64,000 nucleotides of DNA from Octopus sinensis (GCF_006345805.1 NC_043015.1:35588001-35652000); one strand, 5' to 3'; shown: positions 41,533-53,629, numbered from the stretch's first letter. The notes: generated from the letters alone by a model not told the origin. A program made the numbers and translations.

Positions 41533-42899
41533 CGTGTGTCCCTGTTCCTGTGTGTGGGGTCTAAAAAATGGTTGGTGTAGTTATGTTCAAAGCTATTATT
41601 TATCTGTCTCATGTTGTTATAATTGTCAGAGTGAGTTTGTGGTGCTCTGTTCTGGAGTCTGTTGTTGAACCTAGTGTTACGTCTTAGTTCCTCAGGTGTA
41701 TTGTGTTGGTAGTTGTTTCCTCCGTAGTGCATTTGTTGTTTGTTATGGTTGTATGGTTGGTTCCTGGGGTGGGTGTTTGGTAGTAGCGTTTTGGTTTGGT
41801 TATGTGGGTTGTATTTTATAGTATTGTATGTTGTGGCTCTTAGGTTCGTGGAATGGTGTGGTGGGACCCTATAAGTGTTTTGGGGTTGGTGTAGGTAGTG
41901 TGGGGTGCGTTTTAAATGCATTTTTCTGGTGTAGAGTGTGTTTGGATTTCTTGGTGGTTGTTCTGCTCTGTTGGTATGTCTATTTTCGAACTGGTGTGGT
42001 GGGCCTCTGTAGGTGTTTTGGGGTTGGTGTAGGTAGTGTGGGGTGTGTTTTAGGTGTACTTTTCTGGTGTAGAGTGTGGTAGGATTTCTTGGTGGTTGTT
42101 CCGTTCTATTGGTATTTGGTTTTGATTTGCTTAATTTTATGAAGGGGTTGTTGGATATGTGTTCATTTTTGAAGTTGGTTTCATAATCTAGAAACCAGAT
42201 GGCGCTCTTTTCCCATCGCTGGAGGGACTTAAGTTCCTCTTTTTCACATTCTTCATTCCATAGTGCTGTTAATGTTTCAGTATTGTTGTCGTCTATTAGT
42301 TTGATGACTTCTTCGTTGATGTCCTCGTCTATGGTTTTTACTTTTTCTTCATTCGTTTTAGCTCTCAGCTTAAGTAGTTCTATTTCCATCTTCATTTTTT
42401 CTAATGACATTTTTTCTCTAAGTTTTCTTTGTTCTTCTGGTTCTTCCGAGATGGGTTTGATTTGTAATTTACGGGGTATGACTAGGGGTGTTGAGTCTAG
42501 CCATTTTTGGTAAATCTCTGCTTTATTCTGATTTTGTATCATTTTCCAAAAAGCGAATTTTCTGTTTCGCTGTAGTGTTCTCCATTGGGGGAGGACTTGG
42601 TTCTTTATTTGTAATGTTGAAGTTGCTCGGTTCTTCTCATGTGTTCCTTCTTTTTGTTGCTCTTGTTTCGTAAAGTTTGTGAAGAATGTCGTCATTGTAT
42701 CGCATAGATTTTCAACTTTCTCGAATATTTCGGAGGGTGTTTTATTCGATTCGGTTTCCTCGTTAGTTTGTGTAGAAGGTCGAGGTGTTAAGTTGAGTTT
42801 GTTTAACACTGCTGTTAGGTTTGAATTTATGCTTTTCAATTCTTTCATTATCTCTTCATTTATTGAGGAGATGTCGTTGGTGTCTTTTTTAGCAGGCAT
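41499..42899 (-). CDS. PLE ORF1, 466 aa: helical/coiled-coil N-terminal part and N/H/P/Q/T-rich C-terminal part; overlaps ORF2 by 34 nt
   Basis: Long non-microsatellite ORF directly upstream of and overlapping ORF2, with the same A/C-rich sense-strand bias. Heptad-like stretch EEQRKLREKMSLEKMKMEIELLKLRAKTNEEKVK. No named domain recognised. Confidence 0.85.
   Translation of the reverse strand: MPAKKDTNDISSINEEIMKELKSINSNLTAVLNKLNLTPRPSTQTNEETESNKTPSEIFEKVENLCDTMTTFFTNFTKQEQQKEGTHEKNRATSTLQIKNQVLPQWRTLQRNRKFAFWKMIQNQNKAEIYQKWLDSTPLVIPRKLQIKPISEEPEEQRKLREKMSLEKMKMEIELLKLRAKTNEEKVKTIDEDINEEVIKLIDDNNTETLTALWNEECEKEELKSLQRWEKSAIWFLDYETNFKNEHISNNPFIKLSKSKPNTNRTEQPPRNPTTLYTRKVHLKHTPHYLHQPQNTYRGPPHQFENRHTNRAEQPPRNPNTLYTRKMHLKRTPHYLHQPQNTYRVPPHHSTNLRATTYNTIKYNPHNQTKTLLPNTHPRNQPYNHNKQQMHYGGNNYQHNTPEELRRNTRFNNRLQNRAPQTHSDNYNNMRQINNSFEHNYTNHFLDPTHRNRDTRWQRTNKRNLR
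41562..41568 (-). other. Candidate -1 programmed ribosomal frameshift slippery site U UUU UUA
   Basis: Minus strand reads CAT TTT TTA GAC in the ORF1 frame. The -1 frame has a TAA at 41581-41583 and is then open through the ORF2 ATG (41532) to 39235. Confidence 0.6.
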
Positions 42900-43102
42900 T
42901 TTCGGGAGCTCGTACGTGATATGATATTTATAATAGGATTAGCTCGTATACGAGTAGGTATATATTTGTATCATATCAAAGGGAAATGGAATTTAATTAA
43001 ATTTAAAATATTCAATCAAACTTTACATTTCCAGTGGTCTAACGTGCAAAAAAAAATTAGTCAAGTAGACTATATATTAGTTATACGATATAGTGCATGT
43101 TT

Positions 43103-43608
43103 ATACACATAAGGAATCCACTTAGGGTGAGATTCAACACATTAGAGAACCACAAAAATAACGGATAAAATTCGACAGGAATAACTTTGGAAATGAAAAA
43201 CATTTACCATCTAGTACCCCGGACCAAATTGGTTTCTGATCCTCTTTTAGCAATTAAACTTTATAACTTTTTGGATAATTTCCGGTTAAAGTTGGCGGTT
43301 TATTGTAGCCAACGATAGGACTGCGATTACGCAGAAAAATTTGAAAAGTTAGTTCGTATAAACATGAGACAGGTAGCGGTGCTTGTCGTCTGTCTTATAT
43401 GTTTTAACCTAGGTTGGACTTCGCCGAAGAAGACCAGACCTTGCGAGTTCCCCCGACTTGCTAAAAGAAGATCAGAAACCAATTTGGTCCGGGGTACTAG
43501 ATGGTAAATGTTTATCATTTCCAAATTTATTCCTGTCGAATTTTATCCGTTATTTTTGTGGTTCTCTAATGTGTTGAATCTCACCCTAAGTGGATTCCTT
43601 ATGTGTAT
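43103..43608. mobile_element. Foldback element, 151-bp arms (3 mismatches) and ~204-bp spacer, ending in (TA)n
   Basis: Arms 43103-43253 and 43458-43608. Confidence 0.85.
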
Positions 43609-43743
43609 ATATATATATATATAATATATATATATACACATATAATCATATATATATATATAATCATATATATATATATATAATCATATATATATATATA
43701 CACACACACATATATATACACACACACACACACACACATATAT

Positions 43744-43813
<70 letters not shown>

Positions 43814-44443
43814 GAATGTAGGTACATATGTGATCGTGATTGTTGTTTAATCAGACGAAGATAAAGGACCGGCTGTGCTGCCGTAATACTTCCTATCAAA
43901 TTCCTATCGATTTTAAACCTTTTTGAACTTTTCGTTGAGGAACCGCTTATTTGCAAATCCAAACCGTCTGTAGTTTTCGTGTTGACACTAATTTATCATG
44001 TCATAACCTGGAGGGCAAAGTTCAAACGGAGCTCATTAAATTGAGGCTAACAGACATTTATCATTTATCAACATTTCCTGTCAGTTTATAAGTTTCCTAA
44101 TATTTCCCAAACGATTCTGATGTTTTTAGTTTATGTTCTTATTTAACAAGTTACATTCTCCTTTCCATATAACAATTGCTTTAAACAAAACCATCTTCAA
44201 TTCCAACGACTACGCATTGAATATTATAAGCCTAGCCCCCCACTAGTTTAATTGCAGTCCACAGTTTCGCCTTTCTTATTTACAGTCGAAGTTTTATTTG
44301 TATCTGATCTTCTCTGTTAAACACAGAAATATATTGAATATTTATCGATAATGGCGGATAATCTGGGGCAGAGTCGGTAACGCATCAGGTTAGAGGCATT
44401 GTGATTGATATTCGGACGCTGGCTTTTAAAGTGGTGTCTACAA

Positions 44444-44476
44444 CTGAAGAGGCGACAAGTACACCGAAACAGCGTA
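44444..44476 (+). ncRNA. Degenerate hammerhead-like motif
   Basis: CTGAAGA-gg(cgacaagtaca)cc-GAAAC-agc-GTA; stem I does not pair. Confidence 0.3.
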
Positions 44477-44734
44477 CCTATTAATCCACTGATGCCGTTG
44501 AAGTAAGGTAGTTGTTTATGTTACACATTAACACCAATCGGTGAAACCGTCCTTTGGTTATGCAACGCTATAGAAAGGAAAAGTTGTTTCCACGCCCAAG
44601 GATGCAGCAATGGGATTGCAATGAACTCATCAAATGAACTCATCGATATCTGTGTACATGAGTGTGCACGCGTCTATGTATGCATGCATGTATGAGTGTA
44701 TGTATATATTATAAATAAACATATATATACATAC

Positions 44735-44776
<42 letters not shown>

Positions 44777-45383
44777 GTATGTATATACACATATGTATAT
44801 ACACGCATATATATATGTCTGTGAGATTGGGGGTTGAGTGTGTGTGTGTGTGTGATTATGGATCCTGTGTTTGTTAGCGTATGTGTTAGTATTTGTGAAT
44901 GCGTCTGAGCGTGTGCGCGTTTGTATATCTGTGCATAGGTGTTGTATTTTACTCAATTATTAATTTTAAAAAAATTAATTGAAACAAAGATAGCATATTT
45001 CAACAGAAATATGCAAAACAAATTTTAAGAATTTATGAAAAATAAAGTCAGGCGTGATGTACTAAACAGCAGTTATGTCTGCTTTAAGAAAAAACGGTTT
45101 TTGTTGTGCAATTTAACAAATATACTTTGTATATGTAAGGTTTCTACATACATATATATATATATGAATAAAACATACATGTACATGCGCACAAAATCCG
45201 CCTATGATGCTTTTAAAATCAAAACCCTACAGCAGCCAAACAATCACTGATTCTTCACTCGACGAATGTAAGCGACACTGACTAAACACAATCTCCAGCA
45301 ACACAAATACATAGTATGTTATGATGCCACCTACGATACTCTAAGTCCTTTGGTGGCCGGAGTTGTGTTTTCACCAGTCAATA

Positions 45384-45838
45384 TCTATAAAGCTGAAATG
45401 CGAAAAAGTTGTTCGATTTCTTGGTTATTTGTCTCATTTTGGGATGGGAACGGATTAAGGTGCGGTAGATAGGGTCGGATTGGCGACATTATCTAAAATT
45501 TACAAGGGGGGGGGGGGTTAAAATGGGGTGGGCGATGGTGTAAGGATGTTTGCAAGTCGGGGCTACCGTTTGGTTGCCATGCTGAAGAATATGGGAAAAA
45601 TTGAGTTTTATGGGATAGACATGTTGCGTTGTTTGAATAATGGTGGCTTTTCGTATTGCTGCAGGGGCTAGAGACGGTTATCTTTAATTGTGGGTGTAAA
45701 AATTTGGGGCATTTTGGAAAGGGGGTAAAGAAGAGGGTAATAAAAAGAACCAGGCAAAGAAGAAAGGGAAAAGGAGACAATACGCACAAAACAACACCGC
45801 CACGAAAACCCTAGCGAAGCGCGGGTAAAAATAGCTCG
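45384..45838 (+). mobile_element. Non-autonomous Helitron-like element
   Basis: Starts A|TCTATAAAGCTGAA and ends with a degenerate hairpin ccctagc-gaa-gcgcggg, then CTCG|T (CTAG variant). Sits between A and T. Confidence 0.45.
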
Positions 45839-46312
45839 TTCTTTATAATCTACTTTTGCTCGCACGCGTACTTCAAGCCTAAATCCTCAGAAACACCTAA
45901 GTGAATGACTTAAAGCAGTCTCTGTAACATATTGCTCCACATGTCCCCTAATACGCAGAGCTCTTGGGCCCCAGTTCCTTGAATTTGTTCAGTTATAGTT
46001 TCCCTGCTGTTGGTCAGACACAGAATACAACCTTCAATGATTCACAGACTTCTATCAGCTGTACGAGTTCTATGTTGTTCTGGAATTCCAGAGATGTTAT
46101 CATTCCAAATAGGAAGAATCTCCCATGACCTGCGTGATGCAGAAGTTCTATTCTCTCTCCTAGTTATTCACTCTCTAGCTAAATCTCTCTTTCTCACTCT
46201 CTTCTTTTCTCTCACCCTCCCTTTTATCTCTTTCTCTGGCTCCTTCTCTCACTCTTCCACCTTCCCCTTTCTCTCACTCTCCCTCCTTCCCCATTCTCTC
46301 TCCCTCCCTCCA

Positions 46313-46346
<34 letters not shown>

Positions 46347-47010
46347 ATTTCTTGATTTCTCTGTTTATTGAAATTGTATACCCAAACCCGTCGGCACCAT
46401 TATCCTTCACATTGTCAACAGTACTAAAGAAAGAAAGAAAAGGAAAACAACGGTCAGTTAAATTGATCCCAGAATGTGACTGGTACTCACTATTTCGACT
46501 CTGGAACACTTACCGAAAAGCAAAGTAAAACGAGGTGGTATTTGAGCTTAGGACGTAAAATGTTTTCACTAAATGCTATATGTTACTTTTATTAATGATT
46601 CCAATAAAACAGAGCCGTTATGATGTTAATACTTATTCAATGAATATATTGCATGAGTAAAAGTCATAAACTATATTTGTCTTCTTTATATATTCATCAG
46701 TTTTTATGTCGGAACAAATCAATTGATTGAGTCAATATTAGAGATTAAAGTGCGCAGAAATTCCTTGTATATCAGAATACTATCTTTCTTTAAAGTTCAT
46801 TTACAAATATATACATAGGCGCAATTTGGGTGTATGGTATGAAATTCGCTTCCCAAGCCCATGCTTCCGACCAATTACATGGTACCTTGGGCCAGTGACT
46901 TCTACTGTAGAGTGCTACTATAGAGCTGATCAAAACATCGTGATTGGATTTGGTAGACATATGCAGAAAGTACGTCGTGTATATATATATGTACATGACG
47001 TACATATATA

Positions 47011-47072
<62 letters not shown>

Positions 47073-47075
47073 ATG

Positions 47076-47116
<41 letters not shown>

Positions 47117-47121
47117 GTGTG

Positions 47122-47158
<37 letters not shown>

Positions 47159-47177
47159 GCGTGTGTGTGTGTGTATG

Positions 47178-47267
<90 letters not shown>

Positions 47268-47269
47268 TA

Positions 47270-48400
47270 ATGGTGTCATTGAGACCCAAAGGTGTCAGAT
47301 AATGCTGAATAAGTGCTATAGACAGACCATAGTTAAGTTCAAGATTCGGTAATATTGCGAATAAAGGGTTCAACATTGGTTCTATGTCAGCGTGTGTGTA
47401 TATAAGAGTTATTTGCGTAATAAGATAAAAACGCAAGGCTGTATAGATATTAGAGCATTTATAGATAGAAGGTCTTACAGCTGTTTCTAAGATATTAATT
47501 AATAATATCCCTTCATCGGAGACGGTGTGAGAGGATGGTTAAGTCATAGTTAGTGTAGATGTGATACAAAATAGAGAGTGAGGTGAAGGAAATAAAAAAA
47601 ATAGATGCAAGATATGTATGGGTATTGAAGATGTAAATCCGTTTTATAGGCATAATGGTATATATGCAATATTCCAATATCCTATGAGGTAAAGTCCAAA
47701 AGTCCAACAAAGTTTAATATGAGTCCTTCCAAATATAGAGTTTATAAGCTATGTAAGATTCCCTTATGAGTGAGATACAGCAGATTTTTAAACTTGGTTA
47801 TTCCCAGTAGGGAATTTATATACAGTGTTGTAGAGTCAAAGGTTTGTATTTAAAATGACCTAGAAATAGGGAGTGTATTGGTTTGGTCAAATTGAAAACA
47901 GGAAGAGAGGAATGAAAGAAAATAAAAATCTGGAAAATAAACAATCTTGAAATTCATATATATGAATTTTCAGAGTCGCAAGTGAAATTTCATTTCATCT
48001 TAAACATTTTACCTTGTACCCTCCAAAAGGTGGGGTCTGTGCAACAGTTAGGCCGCCCATATTTTTCCAGTTTTGGTTCCATTATTAAGGGATATTGTCT
48101 TGCGCTGTTTAATAATTTTTCCAATGATTTCGGTTGCATTTCGCTTTTGATAATTCTGTGTGAGCCCCAAATTTCGTTCATTGTTTTATCCTCAGTGAGA
48201 ATAGGTAGATTTTGGATGGTGATGTTTAATGCCTTAATGTGGACCGAACAATAGCACATTTCTATCAGATAAGCCTGGTGATTTCTATAACTAATGCAAA
48301 CGATAATATAATTGAAATTTACAGAACCTTTCACAAAGGTAGAGTTCATTTAGATAAGATTAGGATGTGGGATTGGTGGAAGAATATCAACAAGACAAGA
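47270..48400 (-). mobile_element. Degenerate 5'-truncated Penelope-like element with hammerhead-bearing 3' region
   Basis: Minus-strand translation ALNITIQNLPILTEDKTMNEIWGSHRIIKSEMQPKSLEKLL..KYGRPNC..FKMK*NFTCDSEN aligns by eye to the ORF2 thumb/linker/GIY start of the 39235-41532 element. The U4C hammerhead lies downstream. Confidence 0.75.
47472..47523 (-). ncRNA. Minimal hammerhead-like motif with CCGAUGA (U4C) core
   Basis: Minus strand gtct-CCGATGA-agggatatt(attaatt)aatatctta-GAAAC-agct-GTA-agac, with palindromic ACAGCTGT in stem III. Confidence 0.65.
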
Positions 48401-48512
48401 AACAAAACGATCATAGAATTACGATTGTAGGAAACGAAAAGCGAAGTAGTGACAATTGTCGAAAAGGCCTGCTGGCGTAAATCGAACCTGTAAATGTGTG
48501 TCTCTGTGTCTA

Positions 48513-48551
<39 letters not shown>

Positions 48552-49548
48552 GTGAGAGTGTGTGTGTGTGTGCGTATGTGTATATGTAGGCAGTTTATTT
48601 GTGTACGAACAATAGGCTCTACGTCTTTCTTCCGTCTGGCATTACATAATTTCAAAGAAAGTACACCAGAGATATATCTGCTATACATACATACATACAT
48701 ATATATATGCATATGTATATATACATATATATCAATAGATAAATATGTATATGTGTATACATATGCATATATACATACATATAATATATAGAATATATGT
48801 ATACATATGTATGTATTTATATCAATGTATGTATGCACGAATGTATGTGCATTTGTAGGTGTAAACCTAAATTTAGATGAACTGAACGCTTCCACTGACA
48901 TTAAAAGTATATAAATATGTATTCTCCAGGAAGCTGCAGACATCGCCTCAGTAGAAAGATAACTATTGAAATGTATTGGCCAGAAGTCTGACACAGCGTA
49001 TCATAACAGTCTTTCGCAAATCCACACTGCATTATACATAAACATATAGAATTACATAATTGGAGATGAACTTATCTATCTATCTATCTATCTATCTATC
49101 CATCTACACATACATATGTATACACACATATATGTATATATATGTACATATGTATAATTACATACAAAGTTACACGAAAGTGTATATAAACACAGACACA
49201 CGCAAATATGTATACAAACACGTAAAACGTAAGCGTGTATGTGTGTGTATATATATATATATATATCTTTTCATACGTATATATATGGCATTTTAATCTA
49301 GTAAAGTAGGATGCGATTAACCAAATTTATACACACATATATACAAATATTCTTGTATGTATGTATATATAAATATATGAACGTATGTAGAAAGCAAATA
49401 TACTAATGAATATGTATATAATTATTGATCATCTTCATACAAAAACATATATGTATACAGATATATATGTACACATTTTTAATTTACATGCATATATATT
49501 ACATCTATATGTGTTTGAAGAAATTCTAGAATGTATGCCTCAAAATAT

Positions 49549-49584
<36 letters not shown>

Positions 49585-49969
49585 ATATATATATCAACTG
49601 TTCTGTACATAACATCAAGCAAGATGGCAGCTCTTACTGGGCTTTTTCCAAGATTTTTGACAATTCCATGTAATGTGATACGGTATCCGAAGTCTGTGGG
49701 AAGGAGGCATTCAATTTCCCAATCTTCCAAAGGGCCAATTGCAAAGAAGCACGAGATTAAATATCATAATAAATGCTGTTTGTCTTTGGCAATATCGCGT
49801 TTGTTTGTATTCTTGAGGCGTTGTCTGCTGTCAAGGAATTTATTAGGATGAGAGAGAGATATGTTTTGTAAATAACTATATAAAAACCATCTATGTATAT
49901 ATATGTACATTAAGCGCGCGAACATACAAACACACATATATGTATGCCTATCTGTATGTATGTATAGAT

Positions 49970-50009
<40 letters not shown>

Positions 50010-50052
50010 GTATCCATCATGGAAAAGTACACTACACATATTTATATATTTA

Positions 50053-50091
<39 letters not shown>

Positions 50092-50278
50092 ACGTAAGTA
50101 CACAATTCACACGCAGCACCCACGCATGCACATACATATATCTATATGTATATCGCTGATTCTTTGGGCAAACGTTTGGAGAATGGCGTGTACGTATATC
50201 TTCCTTATCCACAAGGAAATTACACATTCTCTGATCTTTGCAAATATAAATCACACAAAAGTATATGTATATAGGCAA

Positions 50279-50370
<92 letters not shown>

Positions 50371-51379
50371 TATAACTGTATGGATGTATCTCTCTCTCTT
50401 ACTCATTCTATGTAAATATATATATATATATATATATTTCGACACACACGCATGCGCGTATATTACTCGATATATTTGAATCAACACACACATGCAGAGG
50501 ATATAAATTGAAACGTACGTCCATGTACATCCGCGCTTGCATCAGTGTGTCTGTACGTTATGTGTTTGTATACAAAGTTACATACATAATCGCACATATT
50601 CAGGCATGACAAATGTGTACATACACTTACACACATATATATATAATTATATACATATACCTATATTTTTGTATGTATATATATATATATTTATATGTGT
50701 GTATATATATATGTATAGATATATAGATATATTTCTCTGTATATATATATATTTCTATGTATAAATATGTATGAATATACATATAAATATATATTATATG
50801 TATGTTTACACACACACACATGTATGTGTGTGATCTATCTATATGGTATTTTATTTGCAAGAAAAGCAATATAAAAACGGCGCTGGCTTGTGTCTCAGAA
50901 GCTTGTTAAAAGCAGAATTAATAAGAAAATATTAAAAATAAGAAACAAGACAGCGATTTAAGAACTTGATACAGTTTGCAAGATATTCCTGGATATCTCT
51001 TGTAAAATGTCTGGTTTGGTGCTAGAAAATGATATTGATATATCGAGCGATATGGGTGGAGAGAGAAATAACACAGAGGGATGGGAGACGGTTTAGGATA
51101 GACAGAGGGAGACGAAGATTTTGAGTGAGTGAGAGAATAACTGAGGAAGGGTGGAGAGATAGAAATAGTAAGGTAGACAACGAAATATGGGTAAGTTTAT
51201 ACGGCACAGAGAAGGAGAGGCTGGACTGGATCTGGTAAAGACGGTCTCATGTTATGAATTATTTTATTATATATCATTATCCCTGTTGTTTATATTATTA
51301 TTATTGTTATTATTATTCATAATAGTAATCCTTTCTGTTATATACTTAATAATAATGGTTTCAGATTTTGACAGAAGGC

Positions 51380-51572
51380 CAAGAATTTTGGGGGAGGATG
51401 CCAGTCGATTACATAGGTCCCCAGTATTCAACTGGAATATAATTTATCGACCCTCGAAAGGATGAATAATAAAGTCGACTTCAGCGGAATTTGAACTCAG
51501 AACGTAAGAGCGGAAGAAATGCTGCTAAGTGTCTTGCCCGGCATGCTAACGATTCTGCAGGCTCACTGCCTT
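51380..51572 (-). mobile_element. SINE family A copy
   Basis: aaagtcgacttcagcggaatttgaactcagaacgtaa...gctaacgattctgc. Confidence 0.8.
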
Positions 51573-51851
51573 CCTACTACTACTACTACTCCTCCTAATA
51601 CTACTACTAATAATAATGATAACGATGCTTATAATAATAGCACCAGCCTATGTATGTTTATATGTACGTAACATTATGTCTGCTTATCTATCTATCTGTC
51701 TATCTATGGTTTTTTTATATCGAATAATATGATAAAGATAATTTAACATGAAACTAAACTCTTATTGAATACCAGTCATTTCGACTGAAGTTACCAGGAC
51801 GATATTTCGAAGTCACTGTCAACTCTCTAGCTATAAAACTTACGTACATGC

Positions 51852-51884
<33 letters not shown>

Positions 51885-51945
51885 ATGAATACATACATAC
51901 ACGATACAGTGCACACGTGTATATATACACACACACGCATATATA

Positions 51946-51990
<45 letters not shown>

Positions 51991-53244
51991 CATACACACA
52001 CAGAGAAGATGCCGGTGTGTCTGTGTGTGCATGCCATGCATTTCCACATTTTCAACCGATTTCGCTCACGCTTGACACAATGATTGCTTATGCTCCAGGA
52101 TGGCCATGATTTACTTTATATTTTCCAGACCCCCGCGTATAACTAAAAACCACAAATAACTGTTCAGAAAACTAGTTGTTTACCCACAACACCCTGGTTT
52201 TTCGAGCGATTACCTCCAAATTTGACACGAACATTACTAATGACCTAAGATTTCTTTTGCTTAGAATTTTTGTCAAGGCCCTCCGCGTTAATCGTGAAAA
52301 ATTCGCGAAATCGGTTTTTTGATAGCATCTTCCGTAGTTCCAAAACCGATTTGCTCCAAATTTGGCGAGAATATTATCCATGCTTAATCAACTGTTTTAA
52401 ACTAATATTTTGTCAAGTTTATTCGCATTAAATTTGCAATTTACTGGATGAAACTTATGCAGTTTACTCACGCATCAAGGATTGTGGGGCAGTTTTATAT
52501 CACTGATTTGATCTGTTTACATTAGTGTTTACTTAAACCCATCCCCTTCTTGTTGTAAAATGTTTACGTTGTACTCAAAATTAAGTTAACTCCTTCATGC
52601 TGATGCCGCCTACCAGCTTTTAGTTTACGTATCCTTAAAATATATTGTATTTAGTGCCTTTGTGTCCACATAGCTAACTGTCTGCCCCTGCTTCCACCTT
52701 TTTTGGAATAATACATTTAGTTGGTTCACTTTTTACACATCATGCTAAATTTGTTTTTCAGTGTCCACTTTTGCTCGTTTTCTAAAACTTGCAATTTATA
52801 CATAGTCCAATACTACCGCCATGACACCTAAGAAAAGAACGCGCCTTGGCCTCTAAACAGAGTCTGCTTCGGCTGCCAAAAGAAGGAGGGGCGAGCCATG
52901 TTACTCTCATGGCCAGTTATATGTCAGATGCTCCAGAGTTGGAAGCAGACAAAATCTATTCGTTCTTGCCCCTAATGTCAAAACGAAAAATATGGTCTAC
53001 AGACAAGTGTTGTGGACACTTCGTGCGCCAACTGCTTTCAAATTCGTGAACCTCGGTGCCTCCACTACACCAGTGCAAACTTGCAGACCTGAAATGTGTT
53101 GAGTGCTACTGTAGCCATGCTTTCAAAGTAACTAACCTTCCTCAACTATGTTGTTTTTTTCCTTTGTACAACCTAGGTTTGTCATGTTTTCACAGTTTCA
53201 TATTTCAGAGCAATAGTTCCGTTGCTTTCGGTGTAAACGAAACA

Positions 53245-53502
53245 AAGACCCTTTTTAGGGTCACTTTACATACGATTGTTACACCAGTTGAGGACGCATT
53301 ACAGCCCATTTAAGGGCTTCTTATCAAATTGTTACCGCTATGAGAACGACAAAAAGCCCCTTTTCAGGGTTTTTAATCAAATTATTACTGCTATGAGAAC
53401 GACAAAAAGCCCCTTTTCAGGGCTTCTTCATTCGTAATTATTACACCATTTGAGAACGCATTAAAACCCTTCTCAGGGTTTCGTATCAAACTGCTACCGC
53501 TT
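53245..53502. repeat. 52-57-bp minisatellite, ~4.5 units of two subtypes
   Basis: tgag(a/g)ac at 53289, 53341, 53394 and 53451. Confidence 0.8.
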
Positions 53503-53629
53503 GGCTTCAGTACTACCCGGTGACCAATTTTGTCACAATTTGGCGCTAACGCTATTTACGATATAGGAAATTTACTAAGTATAAGAAACATTGTATTTTA
53601 TTCCTGAGCAACGCCGGGTACTTCTGCTA

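Larger units (their letters stand above)
38255..42930 (-). mobile_element. Endonuclease-positive Penelope-like retroelement (Neptune/Nematis/Naiad-like Cys pattern), probably young
   Basis: Two intact ORFs plus a 3' non-coding region with a promoter array that runs into a (TA)n tract near 38255. Exact ends are uncertain. Confidence 0.85.

Noticed and set aside
39545-42924. Plus-strand ORFs inside the PLE
   Set aside because: Antisense shadows of the compositionally biased coding strand.
49623-49851. aagATGGCAGCT... MAALTGLFPRFL, resembling a mitochondrial presequence first exon
   Set aside because: No convincing donor site or homology, and it is sandwiched between microsatellites.
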